Below are positions 18,062 to 28,172 of a stretch of 64,000 nucleotides of DNA, one piece after another (position 1 is the stretch's first letter; each line of letters opens with the position of its first letter). The position numbers and the translations under genes were made by a program. Origin of the DNA: Staphylococcus phage AH12. The stretch is taken from sequence record OR455461.1, one strand, 5' to 3'. The notes beneath the pieces were generated by a model. It was not told where the DNA came from. It was given only the letters and a program-made list of their open reading frames with translations, and did no database searches.

Positions 18062-19159
18062 TTATCTCTCCGTTTCTTGCATTTCTATTCTTTCAGTATT
18101 TTGTTTAATTTCTTTAAGTTCTTCATACCCTCTTTGTCTTTCATTATAAGCTTCTTCAGACATACGTTTTAAATCTTCTGTCATCTCAATCATATTATTT
18201 TGAGTTTCTTTTAATACATCAATATCAATAAATGATTTATTAGATTCGTTAAACATTTGGATAGCATTATCTTTAAGGATATTAGAGTTACTCAATAGAA
18301 TATCAGAAGTTGCTTCTCTAATAGCTTTATTAGTCTTAATAGCTTGTTGCTGTTGAATTAAAATAACTGCTTTAGTTAATTGAGACTTCCAAATAGGAAT
18401 ACTATTTACTAATGAATTATTAATACTTTCTTTTAAGTTATGGTTAATATTTTTAACCATTTCTAATTCGTAAACATTTTGTTTTGATAGAGCTAATGAA
18501 GTTCTTAAATCGTATAAACGTTTATCTAAATTATCTAAACCTTGTTCTTTATCTGATACTAATTGAATTTGATTTTGTTTACTTTCATCGTCATTAATAT
18601 TTTTAACTTCTTCTCTATCTTGCTTGACTTCAAGTCTTAAGTCTTCTTGCTTTTGGCTAGCTGCTTCAATGTAATCATTTAAAGTTTCATAATAATCTTT
18701 ATTAGATTGAATTAATTTATCTAATGAACTATTTGAATGATCTATATAAGAGCTTCCTTCTTTTAATTGTTTCTCTATGAATACCATATTATTTGATGCT
18801 GAATCAACTTTAGATAATTCTTTACCAATTAATTTGTTCTTTTCTTTATTAAAGATACCTTTGATTTTCTCTAATATACCAGGTTTATCAACATCTGTAT
18901 TAGCATCATCAACAGCCTTCTGCGGATCATAGGAATTAAACACATCTAACATTTCTTCTAGAACTTTATTTATTTGCTCATTTGAATCATTTTCTTTAAT
19001 ACGTTTTAACACTTCATCTGATTCTTTAGAAAGTTTATTTTGAACTTCATGACCATAATTAATAATAGTACTTTTATCAAGTACATTAATCTTATCTGCT
19101 TTCTTAATTACCTCTGGTGAAATATCTTTTCTTTCTACTAATTGATTATTATTTTCCAT
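18062..19159 (-). CDS. TelA-like (toxic-anion-resistance family) coiled-coil protein
   Basis: 365 aa; N-terminal pattern L..YG.EVQ..LS..SD.VL...K..D similar to TelA/YceH; long coiled-coil regions. Assignment is from memory only. Confidence 0.35.
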   Translation of the reverse strand: MENNNQLVERKDISPEVIKKADKINVLDKSTIINYGHEVQNKLSKESDEVLKRIKENDSNEQINKVLEEMLDVFNSYDPQKAVDDANTDVDKPGILEKIKGIFNKEKNKLIGKELSKVDSASNNMVFIEKQLKEGSSYIDHSNSSLDKLIQSNKDYYETLNDYIEAASQKQEDLRLEVKQDREEVKNINDDESKQNQIQLVSDKEQGLDNLDKRLYDLRTSLALSKQNVYELEMVKNINHNLKESINNSLVNSIPIWKSQLTKAVILIQQQQAIKTNKAIREATSDILLSNSNILKDNAIQMFNESNKSFIDIDVLKETQNNMIEMTEDLKRMSEEAYNERQRGYEELKEIKQNTERIEMQETER

Positions 19160-19230
19160 ATCCTATACATCTCCTAATTTAATTATTTATTAAGTAAGTG
19201 AGTCTGATATTATTTTCAGACTCACTACAT

Positions 19231-19821
19231 TTATTTTATTTTTAATTTATTATTAGAATACTTAACAGTATCCCCTTCTTTAATTTTATCGTAATCTTTT
19301 TTAGTAACAGTTAGTAATTGTTTCTTATTATCTTTAGTTTTAATTGTTATTGTATATAACTTTTGATCTTTATTCATTTGGTTCATTAGAATTGATTTCT
19401 GTTTCTTTAAATTATTTTGATTATGAAATCCGCTAAATAATAAATAATACATCATTATATTATTCATGTAACTACTTTGCCTAAGTTGTGAATTATATGA
19501 ATTCATTTGATTATTTTTATTATACATATTATTCGGATTAGTTAAAGATGATGAACTATTTCTATTCATACTGCTGTTCAATGAACTATTTCGACTTGCA
19601 CTATTAGCACTATTTTGTGCGTTCATACTACTTTGCATAGCTGATCTACTTGCTGCTGATGAAGAACTCATACTAGAACTTGATGAAACTGATGATCGAC
19701 TTGAAACTGATGAAGAAGATGAAGAACTACTGGAAGTTGAACTTCCAATAGCTAATACATCTTGACTAGTAAATGATAATAATGTAATTATTGACACTAG
19801 GACCATAGAAAATTTTTTCAT
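19231..19821 (-). CDS. secreted serine-rich low-complexity protein
   Basis: Signal peptide, then runs of S and other low-complexity sequence. Confidence 0.45.
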   Translation of the reverse strand: MKKFSMVLVSIITLLSFTSQDVLAIGSSTSSSSSSSSSVSSRSSVSSSSSMSSSSAASRSAMQSSMNAQNSANSASRNSSLNSSMNRNSSSSLTNPNNMYNKNNQMNSYNSQLRQSSYMNNIMMYYLLFSGFHNQNNLKKQKSILMNQMNKDQKLYTITIKTKDNKKQLLTVTKKDYDKIKEGDTVKYSNNKLKIK

Positions 19822-20195
19822 TATTTTTCCACTTCCTCTTTACTTTCTACTTCTCCTTCAATATCTTCTTGATTATAAGTCATATATGGCTGTCTATATA
19901 CATGATATTTATTACCATCAATAACTAATTTAGGTTTTTCATCTGGATCTTTTAAGATATGTTCATATAATTCACGACTTTCAATTGATTTAGTTTTTAC
20001 TTCATTGTCCTTATTCTCGTAAGCAATTTCAGCTCTAGGATACTCACTATCTCCATTATTTAAAACCTCATAATATACTAATTTATAATTACTTTTCTCT
20101 GATTTTTCTTTACTAGGTTTTTGTTCTTCGCCGCTACATGCTGCTAAAATAACTGCTAAAAATATTGTTAGTCCTAAAATCATTAATTTCTTCAT
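19821..20195 (-). CDS. lipoprotein
   Basis: MKKLMILGLTIFLAVILAACSGEE lipobox. Confidence 0.55.
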   Translation of the reverse strand: MKKLMILGLTIFLAVILAACSGEEQKPSKEKSEKSNYKLVYYEVLNNGDSEYPRAEIAYENKDNEVKTKSIESRELYEHILKDPDEKPKLVIDGNKYHVYRQPYMTYNQEDIEGEVESKEEVEK

Positions 20196-20201
20196 TTTAA
20201 T

Positions 20202-20459
20202 TTAAATCCCCTTTATCCTTTTTATTAAATCTCCAAATTCACTTATAGAATTATAAACTTTATCTCCATTCTCTTCTGTCTTCTTAGATAAATAATACTG
20301 AATGTCATTTTTATCCATTACCATATAAACTTCTAAAATTTCTTTTCTTTCATTTTTTGCTAAATTAGAGCTATCAAAATCACATCTAAATAGATAATTA
20401 CTTATGGCATTTAACTTATATACATCGACATATTTTTCTATCTGTTTTATTTCATCCAA
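20202..20459 (-). CDS. small protein, paralog family B
   Basis: IEKYVDVYKLNAISNYLFRCDFDSS...YYLSKK is paralogous to ORF 23678-23968. Confidence 0.45.
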   Translation of the reverse strand: MDEIKQIEKYVDVYKLNAISNYLFRCDFDSSNLAKNERKEILEVYMVMDKNDIQYYLSKKTEENGDKVYNSISEFGDLIKRIKGI

Positions 20460-20478
20460 TGTTTTACCTACTCTCTAT

Positions 20479-20766
20479 TTAAATTTTACTTGCAAAATTC
20501 TTTAGAACTGATAAAATTGCTTCCTTGTCTACACTACTTGAATCTGATTCTTTACGTGAAATATCTTTTAAACCTTCTGCAATCTTACCTAATGATTCTT
20601 CATATCTATATTCTACATGTAATTTTTCTAATTTTAAGTATTTTTCAAATACTTCTTCTTTAGATTTTGGTTCTAAAGAATCAAAATCATCTCCTTGTAA
20701 AGATATACTTAATGCATCCAATTTTTCTTTATTAATATAATCGCTTAATTCTTTTCTCATATTCAA
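20479..20766 (-). CDS. small protein, distant member of family B
   Basis: DYINKEKLDALSISLQGDDFDSL. Confidence 0.4.
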   Translation of the reverse strand: MNMRKELSDYINKEKLDALSISLQGDDFDSLEPKSKEEVFEKYLKLEKLHVEYRYEESLGKIAEGLKDISRKESDSSSVDKEAILSVLKNFASKI

Positions 20767-20799
20767 TTCATCTCCTAATATTATTTGTATTTCTTTCTT

Positions 20800-21168
20800 C
20801 TAACCATGTACTCTCCAAAATGACTCATTAATTCTTTTCCCAATAACTTCATTTAAATTAATTAAACCACTTATTAAATCTTGATCCTTAATAATATCAT
20901 ATACTGCATTAAAATCAATCGTTTCACGTTCAATTTCAGGAATAGTGATATAATCTTCTTCTTCCATCGCATTACTTTCAGTATCATAATAAAACATATC
21001 ATGACTTTCCACATTAACACTCAAATCTCTACTATTTAACTTTTCACCATCAATAAAAAGATTATAAAAAGCACTACCTGGTTCCGATGGATACCATGCT
21101 CTTTTATTCAACTCATTCAATAATTGTGCCGCTTCTTTAATTGTAAAAACTTCTCCAAATTTTTTCAT
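20800..21168 (-). CDS. hypothetical protein
   Basis: 122 aa. Confidence 0.4.
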   Translation of the reverse strand: MKKFGEVFTIKEAAQLLNELNKRAWYPSEPGSAFYNLFIDGEKLNSRDLSVNVESHDMFYYDTESNAMEEEDYITIPEIERETIDFNAVYDIIKDQDLISGLINLNEVIGKRINESFWRVHG

Positions 21169-21242
21169 ATCTAAATCATCCTTTTCATTATTTTATTTTA
21201 TCTTTCAATGTTATAATATATATTTATAACATTTTTAAGTGA

Positions 21243-21449
21243 TTAACCACCATATTGTATGTCTTCATTAACTCTACTACTAATCAAATTATCCTTCTCA
21301 TATATTAGGTAGCTAATAAAAGCAGATGCTTGTTTTACTGTCATGTTCTTAATTTGTTCCTCATTTCTATTATGCTCTAAATAACCGCCTATAGAGAATA
21401 TATGATCTTTTAACTCATTTATAAAATTAATTTGTTTTTCTGTTGGCAT
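21243..21449 (-). CDS. hypothetical protein
   Basis: 68 aa; GGAGGAGATAATC ATG. Confidence 0.4.
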   Translation of the reverse strand: MPTEKQINFINELKDHIFSIGGYLEHNRNEEQIKNMTVKQASAFISYLIYEKDNLISSRVNEDIQYGG

Positions 21450-21463
21450 GATTATCTCCTCCT

Positions 21464-21820
21464 TTATAATTTATATAATGCCATTACTGTATTGATGGTT
21501 AATACAAATAAACTTATCATATAAATATTTTTATATAAGCTTGATACATTATTCTTATCAATTGATTTAAATAAAAAGAATATAAATGAACCACCAAAAA
21601 CTATTATTGATAATAATGAAACTCTTGGGTCAATATAGTTATTAAATAACATAATAAAGTTTGATATTAAAAGTATGAAGCTTATTGAAAATAATAGCTT
21701 CATTTGTTTGATTACTATATTCTGTTTCATATTTCCTATATTACTAAAAACAAACATTAACACCAACAAAGTATAGGTAATTAATGAAACCATTGTAATT
21801 AAATTTATAAACATATCCAT
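21464..21820 (-). CDS. membrane protein
   Basis: 118 aa, 3-4 TM helices. Confidence 0.4.
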   Translation of the reverse strand: MDMFINLITMVSLITYTLLVLMFVFSNIGNMKQNIVIKQMKLLFSISFILLISNFIMLFNNYIDPRVSLLSIIVFGGSFIFFLFKSIDKNNVSSLYKNIYMISLFVLTINTVMALYKL

Positions 21821-21833
21821 TTCACTCTCCTAA

Positions 21834-22493
21834 TTAAATATTTGAATCCCAATAATAACTATTTTTAGATTTTAATAAAAAGTTATTACTTATAGAATTC
21901 CTTATATTATGTGTAATATTTTCATTTCCAACTAAAGACCATATAGTGTATATAAAAATTGATTTAAAAGTATAACCTCTATCATCTTCATTTAATATAT
22001 CTTTTTTATACTGTAATAATTCTTTAAATTCGAAATATTTATTTATAATATCATCTACACTAAATTCAGGTATATATTTACTTCCAGATACATATAGTAT
22101 TGCAGAAACTTTAATTATATATTTTTCTAAATCGGATTCTTTAATATTCTCATTTCTTATCTCATCTAACATCTCCATCAATCTCTGTTCGTACGTTAAA
22201 TGAGGTTTATGATTATTAAAACCAAAACGATTTATTTCATCATTAACTCTATTTTCTATATTATCTAGTCTTCTTTTTAGATATTTATCATTTCTATTAA
22301 TTTGTCTTCTATAATCTTCACTAAGATTAATTGATGTATGACCATAATGATTATCTCTATTATATATTCCTGAATTCATTCCATTAATAATACTATTCAT
22401 TTGTCTTTCTATATTTTCATTACTTCTATCATGTATATTATCTAAACTATTTATTAAATAATCAAAATCTTCTTGCATTCCCATATTTTTCAC
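21834..22493 (-). CDS. hypothetical protein
   Basis: 219 aa. Confidence 0.45.
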   Translation of the reverse strand: MKNMGMQEDFDYLINSLDNIHDRSNENIERQMNSIINGMNSGIYNRDNHYGHTSINLSEDYRRQINRNDKYLKRRLDNIENRVNDEINRFGFNNHKPHLTYEQRLMEMLDEIRNENIKESDLEKYIIKVSAILYVSGSKYIPEFSVDDIINKYFEFKELLQYKKDILNEDDRGYTFKSIFIYTIWSLVGNENITHNIRNSISNNFLLKSKNSYYWDSNI

Positions 22494-22501
22494 CTCTTAC
22501 T

Positions 22502-23659
22502 CTATTTGGAATATTCTTTAAATTCTTCAATATCATTTAGTCTTTTCTGTTCTACTAATTTTTTATGAAGATTTTTAATAAATTTTTTCTTCTCTTTATC
22601 ATTTAATCTATAATTAGTTTCTATCATGTTAGACCAATGATTTTTATCTAGATCTCTATCAATTCTTTTATCTTCAAGATAACTTAAATTATCATTTCTT
22701 CTTTTAATATCGGAAAGCACATATTTCAATAATCCTTCAGTGTTAAAAGAAACTTTTTCAACTTTTATATCATATAAATATAAATACAATTTTTTATCAA
22801 TAAGAGATTCATTATTTAAAGATTCATGTTTAAAGAATATTTCAGAATTTTCATCCATATGATAATATTTGTACTGTCTGCTATTAAAGAAAGCCAATTC
22901 ATTATTGGATTGGTTTATGAAAAATTCTGGGCGATATATTAATCTCATTTCATTGCCGCTATTTTCATGAAATTGTAATTCATGTTTTTTAATATAGACA
23001 TTTTGATTTTCATCCACTATAACTAATTGAATCTTCTCATTTACTTCAACTAGTCCAATTAAAATTTTAGTTCCGAGAAAAGAATACTTATACATTTTAT
23101 TAATATAGTCAGAATGAAGTTCAAAAGAAGATTTTTCTAATTTAGGTAATTCATTTATATCCCTGTCTATTAAATCTTTAAATTGTCTAATAAAATTATT
23201 ATCATCCTTTTTCATTTCATCTATATTTTTATAGAATGTATTTAATAATAATATTGGTAACATTTCAAATGACATTTCATAATCAAATAATTTACCTTTT
23301 TCAAATGGATCTATTGCAAAATGTGATGTTTGTGATGGATCTTTGTCTAATCTAGCATCAAATATTGGTATATCAATATTTCTGTTAAACTCTAATTCTG
23401 GGTGACTTAATAAATAATGTAAAGAATAATATCTTTCTTTTCCATCGAAAGCATTTTCTAATTTATATGAATGATTAAGTTTATTCATTAATCTTTCTTC
23501 ATCTAAAGTTATTAATTCTTCAGCTTCTTTAAATTTTTTATCTTCATTATTACCTATTTTTCTTTTATTTTTTCTAAAAATAATATTTGAAATTACTATT
23601 GTAGTGATTCCCCCTACAATACCAGTTCCTGAAAATGCATATAACAAAATATCAGACAT
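22502..23659 (-). CDS. membrane-anchored protein, paralog family A
   Basis: Shares ERYYSLHYLLSHPELEF and DKNHWSNMIETNYRLNDKEKKKFIKNL with ORF 16732-18060. Confidence 0.5.
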   Translation of the reverse strand: MSDILLYAFSGTGIVGGITTIVISNIIFRKNKRKIGNNEDKKFKEAEELITLDEERLMNKLNHSYKLENAFDGKERYYSLHYLLSHPELEFNRNIDIPIFDARLDKDPSQTSHFAIDPFEKGKLFDYEMSFEMLPILLLNTFYKNIDEMKKDDNNFIRQFKDLIDRDINELPKLEKSSFELHSDYINKMYKYSFLGTKILIGLVEVNEKIQLVIVDENQNVYIKKHELQFHENSGNEMRLIYRPEFFINQSNNELAFFNSRQYKYYHMDENSEIFFKHESLNNESLIDKKLYLYLYDIKVEKVSFNTEGLLKYVLSDIKRRNDNLSYLEDKRIDRDLDKNHWSNMIETNYRLNDKEKKKFIKNLHKKLVEQKRLNDIEEFKEYSK

Positions 23660-23677
23660 ACATTTATTCCTCCTTTC

Positions 23678-23968
23678 TTAGTTGAAATGTTGATCTCTAA
23701 TTTCTTCAGCTATTTCTTTTGTTGCTTCTGAGTTTGATTTCCCTAATTCTTCTATCTTTTTAGCTAAGTAATAATTAACATCAGTTTTATCCATTTCCAT
23801 ATATAATTTTAAAATTTTTTCTCTTTCTGGAACTCCTAAATTTAAATATTCAACCTCATTTCTTTGAGTTACACTGTTATAATCACATTCAAATAAATAA
23901 TTACTTATCGCATTTAACTTGTTTACGTCTAAGTATTTTTCTATTTGACTTATTTTGTCAGAAACCAT
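23678..23968 (-). CDS. small protein, paralog family B
   Basis: Paralog of ORF 20202-20459. Confidence 0.45.
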   Translation of the reverse strand: MVSDKISQIEKYLDVNKLNAISNYLFECDYNSVTQRNEVEYLNLGVPEREKILKLYMEMDKTDVNYYLAKKIEELGKSNSEATKEIAEEIRDQHFN

Positions 23969-24076
23969 TTATTTCCCACTCCTTAAAATTTATAATTTAT
24001 TTATTTGTACAAAAAATTAAAATAATAAGGATAATGACTAAATAGTCATTATCCAAATTTTAAATATTAATTTATA

Positions 24077-24358
24077 TTATAATAATCTTCTTTCTTCCTG
24101 AATATATATTACTTTATTTCTGTTGATTGTAATTCTCTTTTCATCAACCAATTCAATCTCTATGAAGTCCTCATTCCCTTCATATAATCCATGGAAAATT
24201 CTATCAATGGAATTTGATTCACTATTCAATACATGATAAGCGTCATATCTTAAATCATTCATAGTTATGGTTTTTCCTTCTAGGTATTCACTTTCATAAA
24301 ATTCAATTTTTTCTCCATTTTCAAGTGCCATAATATAAACTTTAACTTTAGTTTTCAT
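24077..24358 (-). CDS. hypothetical protein
   Basis: 93 aa. Confidence 0.4.
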   Translation of the reverse strand: MKTKVKVYIMALENGEKIEFYESEYLEGKTITMNDLRYDAYHVLNSESNSIDRIFHGLYEGNEDFIEIELVDEKRITINRNKVIYIQEERRLL

Positions 24359-24374
24359 AATTAATTCTCCTATT

Positions 24375-24722
24375 CTATATTTGATTATTTTGTTTTAAAT
24401 GAGGTATTAAATCATCATATACATAATTATCTACTCTAATTCCAAAATCCTCAGATGAATCTGTTACCAATATATTATTGAATGTGAATTCATCTTCAAA
24501 TAATAAAGATTTATCAGAAGTATCAATTCTAAATATTCCCTTTATATTGACTGTGTTGTTATAGTTATTTTCATATTCTATGTCTTCGAAAACTAAATAA
24601 ACGTTCTCATCATATTTCTCGCTGTATACTTTCCAAAATCTGTATAAAGATGATTCAATATCCACTCTACCCAATATTTCATTTATAGAATTTAACTCTG
24701 CTTTTTCATAATCTTTACTCAT
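24375..24722 (-). CDS. hypothetical protein
   Basis: 115 aa. Confidence 0.4.
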   Translation of the reverse strand: MSKDYEKAELNSINEILGRVDIESSLYRFWKVYSEKYDENVYLVFEDIEYENNYNNTVNIKGIFRIDTSDKSLLFEDEFTFNNILVTDSSEDFGIRVDNYVYDDLIPHLKQNNQI

Positions 24723-24807
24723 ATCTAATTCACTCTCCTATTTAAAATAATAATAATAGATAATAACTTTTTTAATTATTATCTATTATTTAGTTCATTG
24801 AAATCAT

Positions 24808-25098
24808 TTATCTAATGACTTCTTTAATTTCTTGTAATGCATAATATCCTGGGTTAAATACATGCATTAATCCATATCCAAATAAAGCTAAATCAATTCC
24901 AATAACTAAAATAACGATCAATACAATGATAGGTGATAAGTTACCCATGACATTTAATTTTTTAAATGCATAATACAAAATAGCAAATACGATTAAACTT
25001 AATAAAACTAAACCTAATCCTACGAAAACTTGATGTGTTACTAATGCACTCCAACTTGTACCTGCTGCCTTTTCTACTGAACTTGTTAATTCTTTCAT
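24808..25098 (-). CDS. membrane protein
   Basis: 96 aa, 2-3 TM helices. Confidence 0.4.
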   Translation of the reverse strand: MKELTSSVEKAAGTSWSALVTHQVFVGLGLVLLSLIVFAILYYAFKKLNVMGNLSPIIVLIVILVIGIDLALFGYGLMHVFNPGYYALQEIKEVIR

Positions 25099-25237
25099 AT
25101 CTATTACCTCCTGTTTTTTATTAGAAAGATAATGATTGATATTATCATCATCTCATTATAATAATATATGCTTAAAATACATTTAATTTCAATATAATAG
25201 AGGTAATGACAAGTTAATGTCATTACCTCTTTATTCA

Positions 25238-25384
25238 CCTTAGTAAGTAAAATACTATTACTATAACTAAAATTGCAACTACAATTCCAGACCATCCCAC
25301 AGGTGGTATTATTGCTAATGGTCCACGGAATATAATACCTAGTATTAATAAAATTACTAGTATAGCTATTAACCAAGTAATCAT
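25238..25384 (-). CDS. small membrane protein (not in supplied ORF track)
   Basis: MITWLIAILVILLILGIIFRGPLAIIPPVGWSGIVVAILVIVIVFYLLR, preceded by GAAAGGAGTAACTAT ATG and followed by a GAGGTAATGAC hairpin. Confidence 0.4.
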
Positions 25385-25450
25385 ATAGTTACTCCTTTCT
25401 TAATCTCCATATATTATGAGATATAAGGATAAAAGGTTGTTTTATAATTA

Positions 25451-25752
25451 TTATTCTTCTTGATCATAATCAGTTCTAGTATCTTTAAGTAAATCTGAAT
25501 CTATACCAGCACCTAATAAATAATAGTAAGTGGTATTCAAAGTAGTTTTATCAGAAAGATCGTCTGGTAAATCTTCTAGACGAGTATAACCATACATTGA
25601 AATGTTTTTATTCATTTCCTGTTTAGCATTCATAGAGTCTGAACGAGGACCCATTAATTCTCTTAATATATCTTGAGACCCAATTGCTCTTAATGCTGAA
25701 GCTTCCATATTTGATACAGAAGCTACCTTGTCCGCACCTGAGAGTTGCGATT
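25451..25752 (-). CDS. 3' exon of an intron-split gene (function unknown)
   Basis: The in-frame GC-rich coding segment QLSGADKVASVSN precedes the annotated Met with no start codon. It begins right after the P9/omega-G of intron copy 25.8k. Confidence 0.4.
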
Positions 25753-25900
25753 ATCCTATATATTTCTATATAAGTCAGACTATATCTTATACTCTTTATG
25801 AGTACCATTATATTTAGTCGTTGAACAATCAATTTGATTGATGCTGATTAACTTTAATTTTCTCAGCAATTAATAATATTATCATTATCATATTACTATA
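25746..25900 (-). mobile_element. mini group I intron-like element (copy 25.8k)
   Basis: P/Q/R/P8/S boxes; P9 hairpin CUUAUAUA-GAAA-UAUAUAGG; ends ...AUAAUCG before CAACUCUCAGGU. Confidence 0.5.
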
Positions 25901-26019
25901 ATAAGCGGCCAAAATTTTTTCATTAAAACCGGTTTTCATTGATCTCGAGGAAGCGTCTAGACTGTATGCGTTTTTCTTTGAGAGGAGCTGCTGTACAATA
26001 ACTTCATACACTATTTTTA

Positions 26020-26150
26020 ATTAGTGTTTAGACTATATATTCATCCTATTAGGAGTTTTAATTTTAGTCGTTGAACTTTATTAAGATTATTCACTTAATA
26101 TTAGATGCTGATTAGCTTCATAAACTTTCCCAGCAATTTAAAAAATTTTA
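26020..26150 (-). mobile_element. mini group I intron-like element (copy 26.0k)
   Basis: Variant boxes AAAUUGCUGGG (P), GCUAAUCAGCAUC (Q), GUUCAACGACUAAAAU (R), GAUAUAGUCU (S); P8 is UCCUA-U-UAGGA. Confidence 0.5.
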
Positions 26151-26226
26151 CATATACATTACTGCATAAGGAGGCTACAACAGTATTTAACCTCTTAACA
26201 TGTAAGTCATTTATCTTTACTATATT

Positions 26227-26354
26227 CATTTTATAGATGAGACTATATCTTCTTTGCCATATATTTAGTCGTTGAACAATTCAATTGATGCTGATCAACT
26301 TTAAATGTCTTTTCAGCAGTTAATATGATTTTAATTGAGCTCATACATAAGTTA
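26227..26354 (-). mobile_element. mini group I intron-like element (copy 26.2k)
   Basis: The upstream exon ends UUGGGU and pairs with the IGS GCUCAA. The P1 pair is identical to that of GyrB intron 2. The last annotated codons of ORF 26341-28026 (LTYV plus stop) are intronic. Confidence 0.5.
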
Positions 26355-28026
26355 ACCCAACTGGTACTTTATATCTAGTTCTTAATGGATCTTCTTTATT
26401 TCCATCATGTCTATAATAAACAAATTCATTCATAGGAACTTCTAATTTGTCTAAAGCTTCTTGTATTTGATTAATATCAGCTTCAGATTTATTAGGTAAA
26501 ACTTCTATATAGAAATTCTCATCACTATTTATGAAACGTTTAATATATCTCATAAATTCTTCATCATTCATTTCATCGTAAAATGATTTATAATTTCTCA
26601 TATTACTTTGATCTTTATCTAATGAAGATATAACATCAAGTATTTTATTTTGAATTTCTTGACGTTTCTTTTTATTGTCGCTTACTGCTTCATTTAAGAT
26701 TGATTCTGGTTCTAGAATAGTTTCATTTAAAGTATTTTCATTGAATTCCATAAAGAATCTTTCGATTATTTCTATATCACTAGATATTGCTTTTTGGAAT
26801 TCAAAACTAGCAGGAATTTCTTTAACACTAAATTTGAATTCTCCATTATCTTTAACATTCTCATCGAAACCAAATTTGTCTGCACTATATCTATTAATAT
26901 CTTCCATATTACCAAATATAATTGGACTATCAATACTAAAGTCTGCTAATACATATCCTTGTCCATTATATGACACAGGGAAAAGTTTTATTCTATTTTT
27001 AGATGGTTCTACATATGAAATTAACTCTATAGATTTGATCCCTAATTTCTTTTCCAATATTTTAAAATAAAGTAAAGATAATAGGTTAGGATTTATTCTT
27101 CCTTGATCTGGTTTAATAGAGAAGTTTTTATCTAATATCATTGAAGGAGTTACTGTATAATATACTTCTTCAGATTTATCTTCAGTAAATACAGGTTTAG
27201 AATTTTTAGTTTTATTATATAGGTAATTAAAAACATCTAATTCATTTTCTAATTGATACTCATAAATTATATCATTTAATTTATTATCAAATTCATAGTC
27301 TCCATAGAATTTATAGATGTCAGTTTCATTATATTTCAAAACTTCTTTATTTGTGAATAAAGGTGAATTGAGTACATTATTCTCTGTAAATATTTTATTG
27401 TATATAATATCTTCTTTAGAATCTGAGAAAATATTATTTCCCATAGATTCTAAAACTTTTACTAAAGTTCTTAATTTAGCATCATTATAGAAATTATACT
27501 TATCTTTATTATAACTTACATATTCTTCAGAATTTAAATACTCACTAAAATCTTTTCTTTTAGTTGAATCTTTACTTAGAAATCTAACTTTAGTAACTTC
27601 TGTAAGCTTATCAATATCATTCAAAATAGTTTTAATACTGCCAGTATCGTTAATAACGATAGGATTTCCACCTTTATAATCTCCAGCATAATCTATTAAT
27701 ATATCTTCTTCTCTACTCTTTTGATTTTGAAGAACGATGAATCTAATTTGTGTATTATCATTAAAATACTTAATTAAACTAATATCAAACCAACAAGAAT
27801 TTCCTTTTTTATCATGAATTTGATTTTCATTATAATCTAATAGAAAATCTATTTCTGATTCAGTGACTAATATTTCTGTTTCATTCACTAAATCAATAGG
27901 AGATTTAATTACACTGATATTATCTGATCCACATTCAGAACAAGATGTAATATCTTCATTATATTCTTGAACTTTGCTACAAGAATTACATCTAACGTAT
28001 TTATTTTTCAATTCATTCACTTCCAA
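26341..28026 (-). CDS. zinc-ribbon-containing protein, probable 5' exon of an intron-split gene
   Basis: 561 aa; N-terminal CNSCS...CSECGS zinc ribbon; the C-terminus runs into an intron (coding probably ends at 26355). Confidence 0.5.
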   Translation of the reverse strand: MEVNELKNKYVRCNSCSKVQEYNEDITSCSECGSDNISVIKSPIDLVNETEILVTESEIDFLLDYNENQIHDKKGNSCWFDISLIKYFNDNTQIRFIVLQNQKSREEDILIDYAGDYKGGNPIVINDTGSIKTILNDIDKLTEVTKVRFLSKDSTKRKDFSEYLNSEEYVSYNKDKYNFYNDAKLRTLVKVLESMGNNIFSDSKEDIIYNKIFTENNVLNSPLFTNKEVLKYNETDIYKFYGDYEFDNKLNDIIYEYQLENELDVFNYLYNKTKNSKPVFTEDKSEEVYYTVTPSMILDKNFSIKPDQGRINPNLLSLLYFKILEKKLGIKSIELISYVEPSKNRIKLFPVSYNGQGYVLADFSIDSPIIFGNMEDINRYSADKFGFDENVKDNGEFKFSVKEIPASFEFQKAISSDIEIIERFFMEFNENTLNETILEPESILNEAVSDNKKKRQEIQNKILDVISSLDKDQSNMRNYKSFYDEMNDEEFMRYIKRFINSDENFYIEVLPNKSEADINQIQEALDKLEVPMNEFVYYRHDGNKEDPLRTRYKVPVGLTYV

Positions 28027-28172
28027 TTCTTTTTATTTCTTAATATGATGATGTTTCTTTACAAATTTACCAAAAAATTAAATAAAATAGGTAATGACCA
28101 AATTAATGATCATTACCTGTATTTAATATTATTTATAATGAATATACTTTACTAATTACAAATCAAACTTTT

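Noticed and set aside
25104-26011. Track ORFs 25104-25376, 25623-25832 and 25829-26011
   Set aside because: They overlap intron-like elements, terminator hairpins or the better-supported small membrane ORF 25238-25384 and exon 25451-25752. Composition and frame are inconsistent with real genes.
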